Positions 48,971-59,558 of a stretch of DNA of 64,000 nucleotides are shown in pieces. The stretch comes from Candidatus Limnocylindrales bacterium (GTDB lineage: Bacteria > Chloroflexota > Limnocylindria > Limnocylindrales > CSP1-4). The stretch is taken from contig JBEKPL010000001.1 in assembly GCA_049520815.1 (NCBI GenBank), forward strand, positions 2,847 to 66,846. The letters run 5' to 3'. The notes under the pieces are model-generated. The model made no database searches, was not told the origin of the DNA, and worked only from the letters and a program-made list of their open reading frames with translations. The translations under genes were made by a program, and so were the position numbers. The stretch's first letter is position 1. Each line of letters starts with the position of its first letter.

Positions 48971-49867
48971 GTGTCCGTCGATTCGTCGATACAGTCAGAC
49001 CTGCCTATCTCCGAGCTGTTCGCGCAGCGGCGTCCGCTGCGCTCGCTCGAGTTCTTCCCGCCCAAGGACGACGCGGGCGTCGAGGCGTTGCGCCAGACCG
49101 CCGCGGCGCTGCAGCGGATCGGACCGGATTTCGTGTCGGTGACCTACGGCGCAGGCGGCAGCACCCAGGGACGCACCGCCCAGGTGTCCTCCCTTCTCAA
49201 GCACGAATTCGGCTTCACAGTCATGCCGCATCTGACTGCGGTCAATCACACGCGCGCGGAGGTAGCGGCCGTCGCACAGGCGCACTACGCACGGGGAATC
49301 CGCAACATCATGGCCCTGCGGGGCGACCTGCCCAACGGGCTGCCCGCGGCGACTGCGTTCAAGGACGACCTGCGCTTTGGCAGCGATATCGTTGCCCTGC
49401 TGAAGGAGCTGCACCCCGATCTCTGCCTGGGTGTGGCCGGCTACCCGGAGAAACACCCCGAGGCACCCTCATTCGAAGCCGATCTCGCGAACCTGAAGCG
49501 CAAGGTCGACGCCGGGGCCTCCTTCGTCACCACCCAACTCTTCTTCGACAACGAGGCCTACTACCGCTTCGTGGATCGATCCCGCACAGCAGGGATCAGC
49601 GTGCCCATAGTCCCGGGCATCATGCCGGTGCTCTCGCTCAAACAAGTCACAAGGATCACCGGCAGATGCGGCGCCTCGCTGCCGGACCGGCTGATCAGGC
49701 GCATCGAGGCCGCCGGAGACCAGCCCGAGGCCGTCGAAGCCCTGGGCATCGATTGGGCGCTCGATCAAATCCGCGACCTCCTGGGCCGTGGAGCACCGGG
49801 CTACCACCTCTACATCCTGAACCGAGCCCACAGCGCGCTCGCCCTGGCCGCCGGGCTCGCGGCGTGA
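48971..49867 (+). CDS. metF: 5,10-methylenetetrahydrofolate reductase
   Basis: The sequence EFFPPKDD…SVTYGAGGST…MPHLTAV…VAGYPEKHPEA is collinear with MetF over 298 aa. Confidence 0.85.
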   Translation: MSVDSSIQSDLPISELFAQRRPLRSLEFFPPKDDAGVEALRQTAAALQRIGPDFVSVTYGAGGSTQGRTAQVSSLLKHEFGFTVMPHLTAVNHTRAEVAAVAQAHYARGIRNIMALRGDLPNGLPAATAFKDDLRFGSDIVALLKELHPDLCLGVAGYPEKHPEAPSFEADLANLKRKVDAGASFVTTQLFFDNEAYYRFVDRSRTAGISVPIVPGIMPVLSLKQVTRITGRCGASLPDRLIRRIEAAGDQPEAVEALGIDWALDQIRDLLGRGAPGYHLYILNRAHSALALAAGLAA

Positions 49868-49900
49868 GGTGAGCGCCGGGAGACTCGGGGAGATGCGACG

Positions 49901-50842
49901 GTGACGGTTCTCCAGATGTGTTTCCTGGCGACGGGTCTGACGGTGGACCTCGCCCTGGCGGCGTTGCCCTTGTGGGCGTGGCTCAGGCAAGGGCGCGATC
50001 CTCACTTCACTGATGACGACTCGGTGCTCATGCCATCGCCGCCGCCGGACTTCACTCCGGCACTCGCCTCGGTGGTGCTGCAGGGCAGCGCATCGCGGCG
50101 AACGGTCTCGGCCGGGCTGATGGACCTGGTCAGCCACGACCTGATCGCCTTTCGCGCCGAGCCGTCTGCCGTTGGCCATCGAGCCGGCCTCGAATTGACC
50201 ACCGATCAGCCCCGCGACGTCAACCTGCCCGCGCCCGAAGCGGCACTGTACAAGTCGATTCGCGCGGCCATAGGGGAGTCGGGCCACATCGAGGCGCTCC
50301 TCCTGGGAGGCCTGAACGGCGCCTTCGCCGACTTCACGCGATCTCTGGAAGAGATAGCACTGCGGCGTGGTTGGGTGCACGAGAAGCCCGGTTCGGTCAT
50401 TCGGAAGTGGCGGATCATTGCCGGGGCAGAGGTCGTGGGTGGACTGCTCCTGGCCGGGTGGATCTCCACGGTATTCGCGGAATCGAGCGAGTCAATCGCT
50501 CTCGATATCGCGATCGTCGGCCTCGGAACTGTGATCGCGGGCGCAATCACCTACTTCGTCTCTGGTTCGATGCCGGCGCGGACGAAGGACGGCGCGATGC
50601 TGGCGGCGATACTCAACGCCTATCGCCGGACACTCGAGGCGACCATCGCGCAGGCGAAGTCGCTGGAGCAGGTGGTCGTCATGAGGCCGCTGCCCTGGGT
50701 CGGAACTCCAACCGAGGAGATCGCCTGGGCCGTCGCCTTCAACCTGGACCGGCAGATCGACAGCCTTCTGTCGCAGTCTCTGGAGGTCTCCGAGACGGGC
50801 GGCTGGCCGATGGGCATCCGCGACTGGTTCTCGGTCCTCTAG
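49901..50842 (+). CDS. membrane protein resembling the C-terminal half of DUF2207-family proteins
   Basis: The sequence LRQGRDPHF…FTPALASVVLQG…LMDLVSHDLIAF matches the DUF2207 mid-region, and two TM helices follow. No N-terminal ectodomain is present. Confidence 0.45.
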   Translation: MTVLQMCFLATGLTVDLALAALPLWAWLRQGRDPHFTDDDSVLMPSPPPDFTPALASVVLQGSASRRTVSAGLMDLVSHDLIAFRAEPSAVGHRAGLELTTDQPRDVNLPAPEAALYKSIRAAIGESGHIEALLLGGLNGAFADFTRSLEEIALRRGWVHEKPGSVIRKWRIIAGAEVVGGLLLAGWISTVFAESSESIALDIAIVGLGTVIAGAITYFVSGSMPARTKDGAMLAAILNAYRRTLEATIAQAKSLEQVVVMRPLPWVGTPTEEIAWAVAFNLDRQIDSLLSQSLEVSETGGWPMGIRDWFSVL

Positions 50843-51008
50843 AGCGCGAACTCCTGGAGAGTCGAGAGCGGCGCTCGCCGTCACTACATCGAGTCGCGCT
50901 CAGCCTCGCCACGTCCGGGCCACTCTTGAGCTCGTCTCGCTGAACCCGGTGGCGCCTACGGAACCTACAAACGCGCGAGGCTGACTGTCGCTGCTCTCGT
51001 GAATCGGA

Positions 51009-51061
51009 AGGGTTTGGAGCGGGAGACGGGTCTCGAGCCCGCGACATTCAGCTTGGAAGGC
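51009..51061. repeat. direct repeat copy of the tRNA-Gly 3' half (putative distal att site)
   Basis: These 53 nt match the reverse complement of tRNA-Gly(59387..59462) nt 30-76 plus 6 nt of flank, with 1 mismatch. Confidence 0.6.
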
Positions 51062-51347
51062 CTCGGTGCCCATGCGCTGTGGCACCCCTCGTGGGGCCCG
51101 ACCATTTCGTGTCCAGTTATCGTGTCGCGGGGAATTGCCACGATGGCCCGATTTCGCGGGTTAGCTGGCGCGACACGCCGTCTCGACCCATTGCGAGCGA
51201 AGGCACGAGCACGTCTCCAGTGCTCCAACCGTCGACGAGTCCGCCCGGCGGCCGCGAGCGTGCCAATCGGGCTTATGCCATCCAAGTTCGAGAAGTCGGC
51301 AGCCGCGCGGTTCTCTTTTGGGCGTTCACCCTGACCTGCCCCGCCCC

Positions 51348-52475
51348 TCAGGGCAGCGGCCGCCAGGCCTTTCCGAGCAGGAGGGAAAGGGACGCAAGCA
51401 GCCCGCCCAGGCCCACGAAGGCGAAGCTGACCTCAGTCGCCTGGTGCTTCACGATCAGGTTCAGGGGCAGGTTCTGGAAGACGCTGTTCAGCTCGGCCGC
51501 GGTCGAGGCGGGATGGTAGGTCGCCCCGGTCATCGCCGCGATCTGCTTGAGCGTGGCTTCATCGATGCCGCGATTGAAGTTGCCTCCACCGCCGCCGCCG
51601 CCAAACCCGCCGCCGCCAAACCCGCCGCCGCCAAACCCGCCGCCACCAAACCCGCCGCCGCCAAACCCGCCGCCGCCAAACCCGCTGGCTCCGGGCTCAC
51701 GGCCCTGGAACTGGGGCCGGCAGGTCGGGCTCATCGACCCGCCGTCGGCCGTCCCGAAACCAACCGTGAAGACCCGCACTCCCCTATCCGCGGCCTCCTG
51801 AGCGGCGTCGAGTGGCGGCGTGCCGGTGTTGCTGGCGCCGTCCGTCAGCAGGACCACGATGTCGGGCGCGTAGTCGCCCTTGGGCACGGGCGTTGGGCCC
51901 AAGGCGCCGTCGGGCACGCTCTTCGCGACGGCCGGGTCGACCAAGGAGATGGCGTCGATCGAGGCCAGGATGCCCTCGCCGATGGCGGTCCGCTGCCCCG
52001 TCGCGAGGCTGGCGAGAGCGTTGAGCAGCTGGGCCTGGTCGTTCGTCGGCGCCTGGACGAGCTGGGCGAAGGTGCTGAAGGCCACGATCCCGATCTGCGT
52101 GGACGAGGACTGGCTCTTGATGAAGGCCGATGCCGCGGCTTCGGCGGCCTCGAGGCGACTCGGCGGGATGTCCGAGGAACACATGCTGCCGGAGACGTCG
52201 ATCGTGAGGATGATCGTGGTCTGGTTGGTGGGCACGGCCAGGATGACGACCGGCCGGGCCATCGCGAAGATGAAGCCGCCGCCAGCCGCCACGAGCAGGA
52301 CGAACGGCAGGTGGCGCCGCACTCGGGACGATCCGGGGGCCGCCTCTCGGACGAGCGACAGGCTCGAAAAGCGAACGCCCGACGGCAGCCGGCGTCGCTG
52401 ACTCCAGACGTAGACCGCGACGATGAGCGGCAGAACCAGAAGCAACGCCAGCAAATCCGACCACTGGAAGTCCAT
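51348..52475 (-). CDS. VWA-domain membrane protein (BatB-like) with (GFGGG)n repeat
   Basis: The N-terminal TM helix is followed by a vWA MIDAS motif (DVSGSM). Six GFGGGG repeats are encoded by a DNA tandem repeat at ~51590-51680. Confidence 0.8.
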   Translation of the reverse strand: MDFQWSDLLALLLVLPLIVAVYVWSQRRRLPSGVRFSSLSLVREAAPGSSRVRRHLPFVLLVAAGGGFIFAMARPVVILAVPTNQTTIILTIDVSGSMCSSDIPPSRLEAAEAAASAFIKSQSSSTQIGIVAFSTFAQLVQAPTNDQAQLLNALASLATGQRTAIGEGILASIDAISLVDPAVAKSVPDGALGPTPVPKGDYAPDIVVLLTDGASNTGTPPLDAAQEAADRGVRVFTVGFGTADGGSMSPTCRPQFQGREPGASGFGGGGFGGGGFGGGGFGGGGFGGGGFGGGGGGGNFNRGIDEATLKQIAAMTGATYHPASTAAELNSVFQNLPLNLIVKHQATEVSFAFVGLGGLLASLSLLLGKAWRPLP

Positions 52476-52531
52476 CTATCGCCGCCCTGTCCGGCTCCGT
52501 GAGCCCTTGTGCTCAGTCATGACAAGCAGGC

Positions 52532-53545
52532 TCATGGCACGCGCCCGAGCCATAGCAACGAGGTCAGGACTCCGGCCAGCATGAGCAGCAGGCTCATGGC
52601 GGCGAAGAGCGCCGTGATCTCGGTCAGCTGGGGCCGGAGTACCAGCCCCACGTCGATGTTGTCGTAGATCGAGCGGAGCCCCGCCGCATCGGTGGCGTTG
52701 TAGTACGTCCCGCCCGTGACCTGGGAGATGCCCTGGAGCGTGGCCTCGTCGAGCCGAGTGAAGACCTCGAACCCGTTGAGGTCCAGGGTCGTGCCTGCCG
52801 CGCTGCCGATCCCAACCGTGTAGACCCGGACGCCCCTGTCCGCTGCCGTCTGCGCGGCGGTCTTCGGATCGGGGTTCTCGTTGTTCTCGCCGTCGCTCAG
52901 CAGGACTATCACGGCCGGGGCGTGGGTGCCGGCCGGGACGGGCGTGGGTGTAGGAGTCGGCGACGGCGCGGCCGATGGATTGGTGTAAAAGTCGTTGCCC
53001 GCGTAGCCGGCCACCTGCGCGGCGATGACCTTGAGCGAGGCCGTGATGCCGCTGGCGACAGAAGTCCCCTTCTGCGGCGTGAGGCGGTCGATGGCGTCGT
53101 CGAGGATGGTCAGGTCGTTTGAAGGCGCCTGGACCGAGACGCCCGAATCGCTGAAGGCCACGACGCCGATGCTGATGGTGAGCGGCTGGCGTGCGACGAA
53201 GTCCTTTGCCGCGGTCTTCGCGGCGGCGATCCGGGTCGGCGCCATGTCCTTGGCGCCCATGCTGGCCGAGACGTCGAAGGCCAGGATGACCGTGCCCTCC
53301 TGGCGCGGCAGGCTGACGACCGCCTGCGGACGAGCGATGGCGAGGGCGGTGAATACCAGCCCGAAGAGCATCAACGCGGCGGGGATGCGGCTGCGGAATC
53401 CGCGCCGGCCAGGTCCCACGGCGAGGCCCGAACCGCCGTAGCGCGCCAACCGGCGTCGGCGGCTCCGATCGAGCAGGGCGTAGAGCAGGACCCCGAGCGG
53501 GATCAGCGCCAGCGAGACCAGCATGAAGGGCCAGATGAACGACAT
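52532..53545 (-). CDS. VWA-domain membrane protein (BatA-like)
   Basis: Two N-terminal TM helices are followed by a vWA domain (FDVSASMGAKD) and a C-terminal TM helix. Confidence 0.8.
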   Translation of the reverse strand: MSFIWPFMLVSLALIPLGVLLYALLDRSRRRRLARYGGSGLAVGPGRRGFRSRIPAALMLFGLVFTALAIARPQAVVSLPRQEGTVILAFDVSASMGAKDMAPTRIAAAKTAAKDFVARQPLTISIGVVAFSDSGVSVQAPSNDLTILDDAIDRLTPQKGTSVASGITASLKVIAAQVAGYAGNDFYTNPSAAPSPTPTPTPVPAGTHAPAVIVLLSDGENNENPDPKTAAQTAADRGVRVYTVGIGSAAGTTLDLNGFEVFTRLDEATLQGISQVTGGTYYNATDAAGLRSIYDNIDVGLVLRPQLTEITALFAAMSLLLMLAGVLTSLLWLGRVP

Positions 53546-53548
53546 GGG

Positions 53549-54646
53549 CTACCTCCGCCGGCGGCGCCGCAGCGCGGCCATGCGAACGATGGCTCGAACC
53601 AGGTCGTCTTCGGTGGACAGCGCGAGCGGTTCCACTCCTGCGCTGGTGAAGGTGGCCTTGATCTCAGCCTCTCGTCTGGCGGCCGCCTCGACGAAGCGAC
53701 GCCGGAAGCGTGCGTCGTGCGTGTCGACGTAGATCCGCTCGCCGGTCTCGGCGTCCTCCATGATCAGAGTGCCGACGTCCGGCAGCTCCGCCTCGCGCGG
53801 GTCGGTCAGCCGGACGGCGATCGTCTCGTGCCGGCGGTTCATCAGGCTCAGGGAGCGATCCCAGCCGGGAACGCTGATGAAGTCCGACACTAGGAAGACC
53901 AGCGAACGGCGCTTGATGACGTGATTGGCGGCGTTCAGAAGAGGCTTCAGGTCGGTGAAGGGGGCTCGTTCCAGGCGTGGCTGACGAAGCAGGTCGTCGA
54001 TGAGGCGCAGGACCTGGTCCCGGCCACCGCGCGCTGGGACGGTCCGCTCCAGGGCGCTGTCGTAAAACATCGCCCCGACGCGATTACCGCGCCGGGTCAG
54101 CACCCGCGCCATCGTGGCCACGAAGTCGATCAGGACGGTGCGCTTCAGCCGATCGGTCTCGGCGCTGCCGAAATCCACCGAGGGGCTGAGATCCAGCAGG
54201 AACCAGGCCGTGACCTCGCGATCGTCGGTGTACTCGCGAACGTAGGGCGTGTCCATCCGGGCGGTGACGTTCCAGTCGATGGCCCGCACGTCGTCGCCGA
54301 GCTGGTACTCGCGCAGGTCCACGAGATCGATGCCGTTGCCGCGGAACAGGCTGCGATAGTCGCCCTGCAGAACGCCATCCAGGCGGCGGATCACCTGCCA
54401 GTCCACGCGCTGCAGGATCTTCTCGGCGGCGGAGACGGGCCTCGTCGGGGTCGGGGCCGGGGCGCTGCCCGGGGTCGGGGTCGGGGCGCTGCCCGGGGTC
54501 GGAGCGGGGGCGCTGCCCGGGGTCCGCGCCGCGGGAGAACGACGCCTCGCAGCCGGCGGCGGGAACTGGACGCGCAGGCCCGCGCCAACCGGGTCCGCCT
54601 CGTCGCCGAGGTCCAGTTGAGCGCTCCAGGCCACGCCTTCAGCCAC
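53549..54646 (-). CDS. DUF58-family protein (MoxR-associated) with N-terminal TPGSAP repeats
   Basis: The sequence …DLREYQLGDDVRAIDWNVTAR… is the DUF58 signature. The N-terminus carries APAPTPGSAPTPTPGSAPAPTP repeats. Confidence 0.8.
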   Translation of the reverse strand: MAEGVAWSAQLDLGDEADPVGAGLRVQFPPPAARRRSPAARTPGSAPAPTPGSAPTPTPGSAPAPTPTRPVSAAEKILQRVDWQVIRRLDGVLQGDYRSLFRGNGIDLVDLREYQLGDDVRAIDWNVTARMDTPYVREYTDDREVTAWFLLDLSPSVDFGSAETDRLKRTVLIDFVATMARVLTRRGNRVGAMFYDSALERTVPARGGRDQVLRLIDDLLRQPRLERAPFTDLKPLLNAANHVIKRRSLVFLVSDFISVPGWDRSLSLMNRRHETIAVRLTDPREAELPDVGTLIMEDAETGERIYVDTHDARFRRRFVEAAARREAEIKATFTSAGVEPLALSTEDDLVRAIVRMAALRRRRRR

Positions 54647-55649
54647 GGGCGGGGACCTTGGCGCCGTCTCGCAGCGGCACGACGGGCACCGGGATCTTCT
54701 TGAGCACCGTCGTCAGGACGTCGTCGGCGGTCACGTTGTCAGAGAGCGCCTCGAACGAGAGCACCATCCGGTGGCGCATGACGTCGCGGGCCATGTCGAG
54801 GACGTCCTGGGGCAGGGCGTAGTCGCGGCCACGGACGAAGGCCAGCGCGCGAGCGGTCAGGATCAGGTTGATCGAGGCTCGCGGACTGGCGCCGTAGGTG
54901 ATGTAGTGGGCCAGCTCCGCCATACCGTGCGACGCCGGAGCGCGGGTTGCCGTCGCGAGTCGGACCGCGTACTCCATCAGGCCCGGGTCGACGTACACGC
55001 GATCGGCCTGCGCCTGGAGCTCGAGCAGGCCGGCGGTGGTCAGGACTTCCTGGACTGGATCGAGCTTGCCGGTCATCCGCTCGACGATGACGAATTCCTC
55101 GGTGGCGCTGGGGTAGTCGATCAGGACCTTGAGCATGAAGCGGTCCACCTGCGCCTCCGGCAGGGCGTAGACCCCTTCGGTCTCGATCGGGTTCTGCGTC
55201 GCCATTACCAGGAACGGGTCGGGCACTTTGTGCGTGTCGTGCCCGATGGTGACCTGCCTCTCCTGCATCACCTCCAACAGAGCGCTCTGGACCTTGGCCG
55301 GGGCACGGTTGATCTCGTCGGCGAGCAGCAGGTTGGTGAAGACGGGGCCCAGGGAAGTGTTGAACTCGCCGGTCTTCTGGTTGTAGATGCGCGTCCCGAC
55401 CAGGTCGGCGGGCACGAGGTCCGGCGTGAACTGGATGCGCTTGAACTCGCCGCCGATCGATTCGGCCAGGGTCTTGACGGCCAGCGTCTTGGCCAGCCCC
55501 GGCACGCCTTCAACGAGCAGGTGGCCGCGGGCCAGGAGCGCCACGGCCATCCGCTCCAGGAGGTTGTCCTGGCCGACGATGACCTTCTTGACCTCGTACA
55601 GCACCCGCTCCATCGGCTCCGAAGGAACGGTGGCGGCCTGTGCGTTCAC
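54639..55649 (-). CDS. MoxR-family AAA+ ATPase
   Basis: The Walker A motif is LLVEGVPGLAKT and the Walker B motif is LLADEINRAP. The 336-aa protein overlaps the DUF58 gene. Confidence 0.9.
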   Translation of the reverse strand: MNAQAATVPSEPMERVLYEVKKVIVGQDNLLERMAVALLARGHLLVEGVPGLAKTLAVKTLAESIGGEFKRIQFTPDLVPADLVGTRIYNQKTGEFNTSLGPVFTNLLLADEINRAPAKVQSALLEVMQERQVTIGHDTHKVPDPFLVMATQNPIETEGVYALPEAQVDRFMLKVLIDYPSATEEFVIVERMTGKLDPVQEVLTTAGLLELQAQADRVYVDPGLMEYAVRLATATRAPASHGMAELAHYITYGASPRASINLILTARALAFVRGRDYALPQDVLDMARDVMRHRMVLSFEALSDNVTADDVLTTVLKKIPVPVVPLRDGAKVPARG

Positions 55650-55664
55650 GTGTTGGACCTCCGG

Positions 55665-56588
55665 CTAGTCGGGCGGAAGACCGGCGGCTCCGCCGGCTAC
55701 GTCGATGGGCACCGCGAGACCGATGCCGATGAAGACACCCTGGTTGGTTGGGTTGATGAGCGCCGAAACGATCCCGATCACCTGGCCGTTGCGGTTGACC
55801 AGCGGGCCGCCCGAGTCGCCTGGGTTCACCGCCGCGTCGACCTGGATCAGTCCGGTGAGGAGCGGCCCCCCGTTCGGGAGCTGGAAGGATCGATTGAGAC
55901 CGGAGACGATCCCCGAGCTGATCGAGCCCGACAGACCGAAGGGGCTGCCCAGGACGTAGGCCTCGCTGCCGACCTGGACGCTGCGGGGGCTGCCCAGGAC
56001 GGCCGGTTTCACGCTCGCCGGGATACTCGTCGCGCGAAGGACCGCGATGTCGTTCTGCGCCTCGGCGGAAACGATCGAGGCCGCCGTCGTCGTTCCATCG
56101 GCGAAGGTCACCTTGACGGCGAGCGCGCCGGCGACGACGTGGAAGCAGGTCATGATGTCACCGGCCTCGCTGATGACGACGCCGCTACCGATCGACGCGT
56201 CCTCGGCGGGAATGCCGGCCGGGCTGGCGGTGGCGGCGGGGACGGCGGAGGGCGCCGTCGAGGCCGAGCCGCTCGGGGCCGGCGAACCGTTCGAGACGAT
56301 CGCCTGGATCCTCACGAGCGCCGGCGCCACAGCCTGGTACGCACGCTGGGAGAGAGCTGGTCCCGGGGGTTGCGATGCCAGAGCACTGGCGATGGCGGTG
56401 GTGACGTCCGACCGATCGAGGGGCTTTGGCCCCGGGTTGATCGCGCCGTACACGCTCAGGGCGACGAGGGCGGCGGCGATCCCCAGGGCGAAAGGACCGG
56501 CCCAACGCGTCCGGCGCCTAATCCGGGAGATACGCCTCGACCAGGGCCGGGCTTCGGATGGGAGAGTGGTCTGTGGCGATTGTGTCAT
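55665..56588 (-). CDS. trypsin-like (S1C/HtrA-type) serine peptidase without PDZ domain
   Basis: The catalytic Ser motif is GDSGGPLV. The His region is TCFHVV. An N-terminal TM helix or signal anchor is present. Confidence 0.8.
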   Translation of the reverse strand: MTQSPQTTLPSEARPWSRRISRIRRRTRWAGPFALGIAAALVALSVYGAINPGPKPLDRSDVTTAIASALASQPPGPALSQRAYQAVAPALVRIQAIVSNGSPAPSGSASTAPSAVPAATASPAGIPAEDASIGSGVVISEAGDIMTCFHVVAGALAVKVTFADGTTTAASIVSAEAQNDIAVLRATSIPASVKPAVLGSPRSVQVGSEAYVLGSPFGLSGSISSGIVSGLNRSFQLPNGGPLLTGLIQVDAAVNPGDSGGPLVNRNGQVIGIVSALINPTNQGVFIGIGLAVPIDVAGGAAGLPPD

Positions 56589-56850
56589 GTTGCGGATCGG
56601 GTCCCGATCACTCTTCGGCCCGGCCGACGCGCCCTGAGAGGGCGGGCCTATGTTCGCCGTGGGCAGTTTTGGTCATCATCCTGAAACCCGCATGAAAGCC
56701 TTCGAAATCGACCGATAGAGGCTTCGACCCGATCTTCAACCTATCACGCCGAGCCCCGATGGTTGGCGCACTCCGACTACGAGTTCGCTTTGGACGAGAC
56801 GCTCGGCTCGGCCGGGTCCCCGGTCGCACCGTAGAAGCTGCGTGGTCCGG

Positions 56851-56910
56851 CACGAAATGGGTTTGGATCGGGAGACGGGTCTCGAACCCGTGACATTCAG
56901 CTTGGAAGGC
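56851..56910. repeat. second direct repeat copy of the tRNA-Gly 3' half plus a few nt of upstream flank (att-like)
   Basis: The 52-nt segment 56859-56910 matches the tRNA 3' region with 2 mismatches. Similarity extends 8 nt further left (cacgaaa.ggg). Confidence 0.6.
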
Positions 56911-56976
56911 TTTGGAGCGTAAGCGCAGTAGCCTCCTGAACCGCCCTGGGTTCCGTGGAGACTTTCGTTCTTTGGT

Positions 56977-57858
<882 letters not shown>

Positions 57859-57862
<4 letters not shown>

Positions 57863-58215
57863 TTCGTCGATCGGCGGTCGATCTCCGCCCCGAAGAAAAT
57901 GGCTGCGCTCTTCAGGATCTCGTTTGCTCGGCGAAGCTCGCGGTTCTCACGTTCGAGCTCGACGATCCGGCGACGCTCCTCGGTCGTGAGACCGGCTCTG
58001 ACACCTCTGTCGATCTCGGCCTGGCGGACCCATTGGCGCAGCGACTCGACTCCGATGCCGAGCTGGCGGGCGATCCTGGTGACGGCACCGCCGCGCTCGC
58101 CCCGCTCCTCGATGGTCTCGAAGACCATCCGGACGGCACGGTCCTTCAGTTCGGGCGGGTAGCGGTGGGAAGGCTTGTGGCTGCTGGCGTTGTCTGGCAT
58201 GGCTCCATTCTCCAA
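57859..58215 (-). CDS. IS3-family transposase OrfA (HTH)
   Basis: The sequence PPELKDRAVRMVFE…RIARQLGIGVESLRQWVRQAE is IS3 OrfA-like. The track start is TTG, and an alternative ATG lies at 58200. Confidence 0.8.
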
Positions 58216-58424
58216 GAGATGGAGTCTCCATCAAAGTCAGGGCGGTTCATCCCTCGTGGAGGCCCGAGCGTAGGGTGTCCAGTCATCGTGTCGTCGCGGT
58301 GGTCGTAGTCTTGTCCGTCACGAGTCGTTCCGAGCTCGCTGAGACGGAAGACGTCGCTGCTCCTGGATAGGAAGCCCGATCGGTCGGGTGCGGGACGTGC
58401 GCAAAACAAGAAGGAGGGACCCAC

Positions 58425-59315
58425 ATGAAAGCGATTGTCTGCACCAAGTACGGCCCGCCCAGTGTCCTTCAACTCAGGGAGGTAGACAAGCCCACTCCAA
58501 GGGACAACGAAGTCCTGGTGAAGATCCACGCGACGACGGTGACCTCATCGGACTGCATAGTCCGGGGTTTCAAGTTGCCCATCTCGATGTGGATCCCCGC
58601 GCGAATGGTCCTCGGTCTCAGAAGACCGAGGAAACCCATCCTGGGTGTGGAGTTGGCCGGAGAAGTCGAAGCGATAGGCAAACGCGTTGGACGATTCAGG
58701 GTTGGCGACAGGGTCTTCGCCTTCACCGGGAGGGGTGGCTTTGGCGCCTACGCTGAGTACACGTGTTTGCCCGAAGACGGATTGGTGGCGGTAATGCCGG
58801 CTGGCGTGACCTATGAAGAAGTTGCCGCCACCACTTTCGCCTCTCTGGCGTGGCATTTCCTCAGGAAGGGGAACGTCCAGAAGGGGCACAGGGTTCTTGT
58901 CTATGGAGCTTCTGGGGCGGCGGGCACCTATGCGGTACAGCTAGCCAAGTACATGGGCGCAGAAGTCATCGGGGTCTCCAGCAGTGCCAATCTCGAATTG
59001 GTGAGATCTCTGGGCGCCGACAAGGTAATTGACTACACGAAGGCGGACTTCACGAAGAGTGGAGAGCTCTACGACGTCATCTTCGACGCCGTAGGGAAGA
59101 TCTCGAAGTCAAGCTGCAAGAACGCACTAACCCCGAACGGGACCTACGTCTCAATCAACCAAGGGAACCCCTGGCCGCGTGTCGAGGACTTGGTTCTTCT
59201 CATGGAGCTTGTCAAGACGAAGCAGATCCGATCAGTCATAGACAGACGCTATTCGCTGGAACAGATCCCCGAGGCCCACAGTATGTTGAAGAGGGGCACA
59301 AGAAGGGGAATGTAG
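58425..59315 (+). CDS. MDR-superfamily zinc-type alcohol dehydrogenase-like / NADPH:quinone oxidoreductase
   Basis: The N-terminus is MKAIVCTKYGPPSVLQLREV. The Rossmann motif is YGASGAAGTYAVQLAK. The gene is noticeably AT-richer than its surroundings. A strong RBS AAGGAGGG lies upstream. Confidence 0.8.
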   Translation: MKAIVCTKYGPPSVLQLREVDKPTPRDNEVLVKIHATTVTSSDCIVRGFKLPISMWIPARMVLGLRRPRKPILGVELAGEVEAIGKRVGRFRVGDRVFAFTGRGGFGAYAEYTCLPEDGLVAVMPAGVTYEEVAATTFASLAWHFLRKGNVQKGHRVLVYGASGAAGTYAVQLAKYMGAEVIGVSSSANLELVRSLGADKVIDYTKADFTKSGELYDVIFDAVGKISKSSCKNALTPNGTYVSINQGNPWPRVEDLVLLMELVKTKQIRSVIDRRYSLEQIPEAHSMLKRGTRRGM

Positions 59316-59333
59316 TAGTCACCGTGTCCTGAT

Positions 59334-59372
59334 CTCAGTCGCCGCTCGCTCGGCGCTCGGCGAGGCGCTGAG
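59334..59372 (+). terminator. GC-rich hairpin downstream of the oxidoreductase gene (possible terminator)
   Basis: The inverted repeat is ctcag(t)cgcc…ggcgctgag. No U-tract follows, which is common in high-GC genomes. Confidence 0.25.
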
Positions 59373-59386
59373 CACGAAAGAGGGTT

Positions 59387-59462
59387 TGGAGCGGGAGACG
59401 GGTCTCGAACCCGCGACATTCAGCTTGGAAGGCTGACGCTCTACCGACTGAGCTACTCCCGC
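59387..59462 (-). tRNA. tRNA-Gly (anticodon UCC)
   Basis: The reverse complement is GCGGGAGTAGCTCAGTCGGTAGAGCGTCAGCCTTCCAAGCTGAATGTCGCGGGTTCGAGACCCGTCTCCCGCTCCA, 76 nt. It forms a cloverleaf with anticodon loop CTTCCAA and an encoded CCA. Confidence 0.85.
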
Positions 59463-59558
59463 CGGCAGATCAAGGCACTGCCGCCCGAGGTTAACACGCG
59501 CCCCGCCTCGGCGCCAGCCGGCGATGCCGCCCCGCCCAGGGCGCGCGAGAGCCTGGCG

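Noticed and set aside
54771-56684. 637-aa plus-strand ORF opposite the MoxR and protease genes
   Set aside because: The minus-strand genes carry Walker A/B and GDSGGP motifs. The plus-strand product is Arg/Gly/Asp low complexity.
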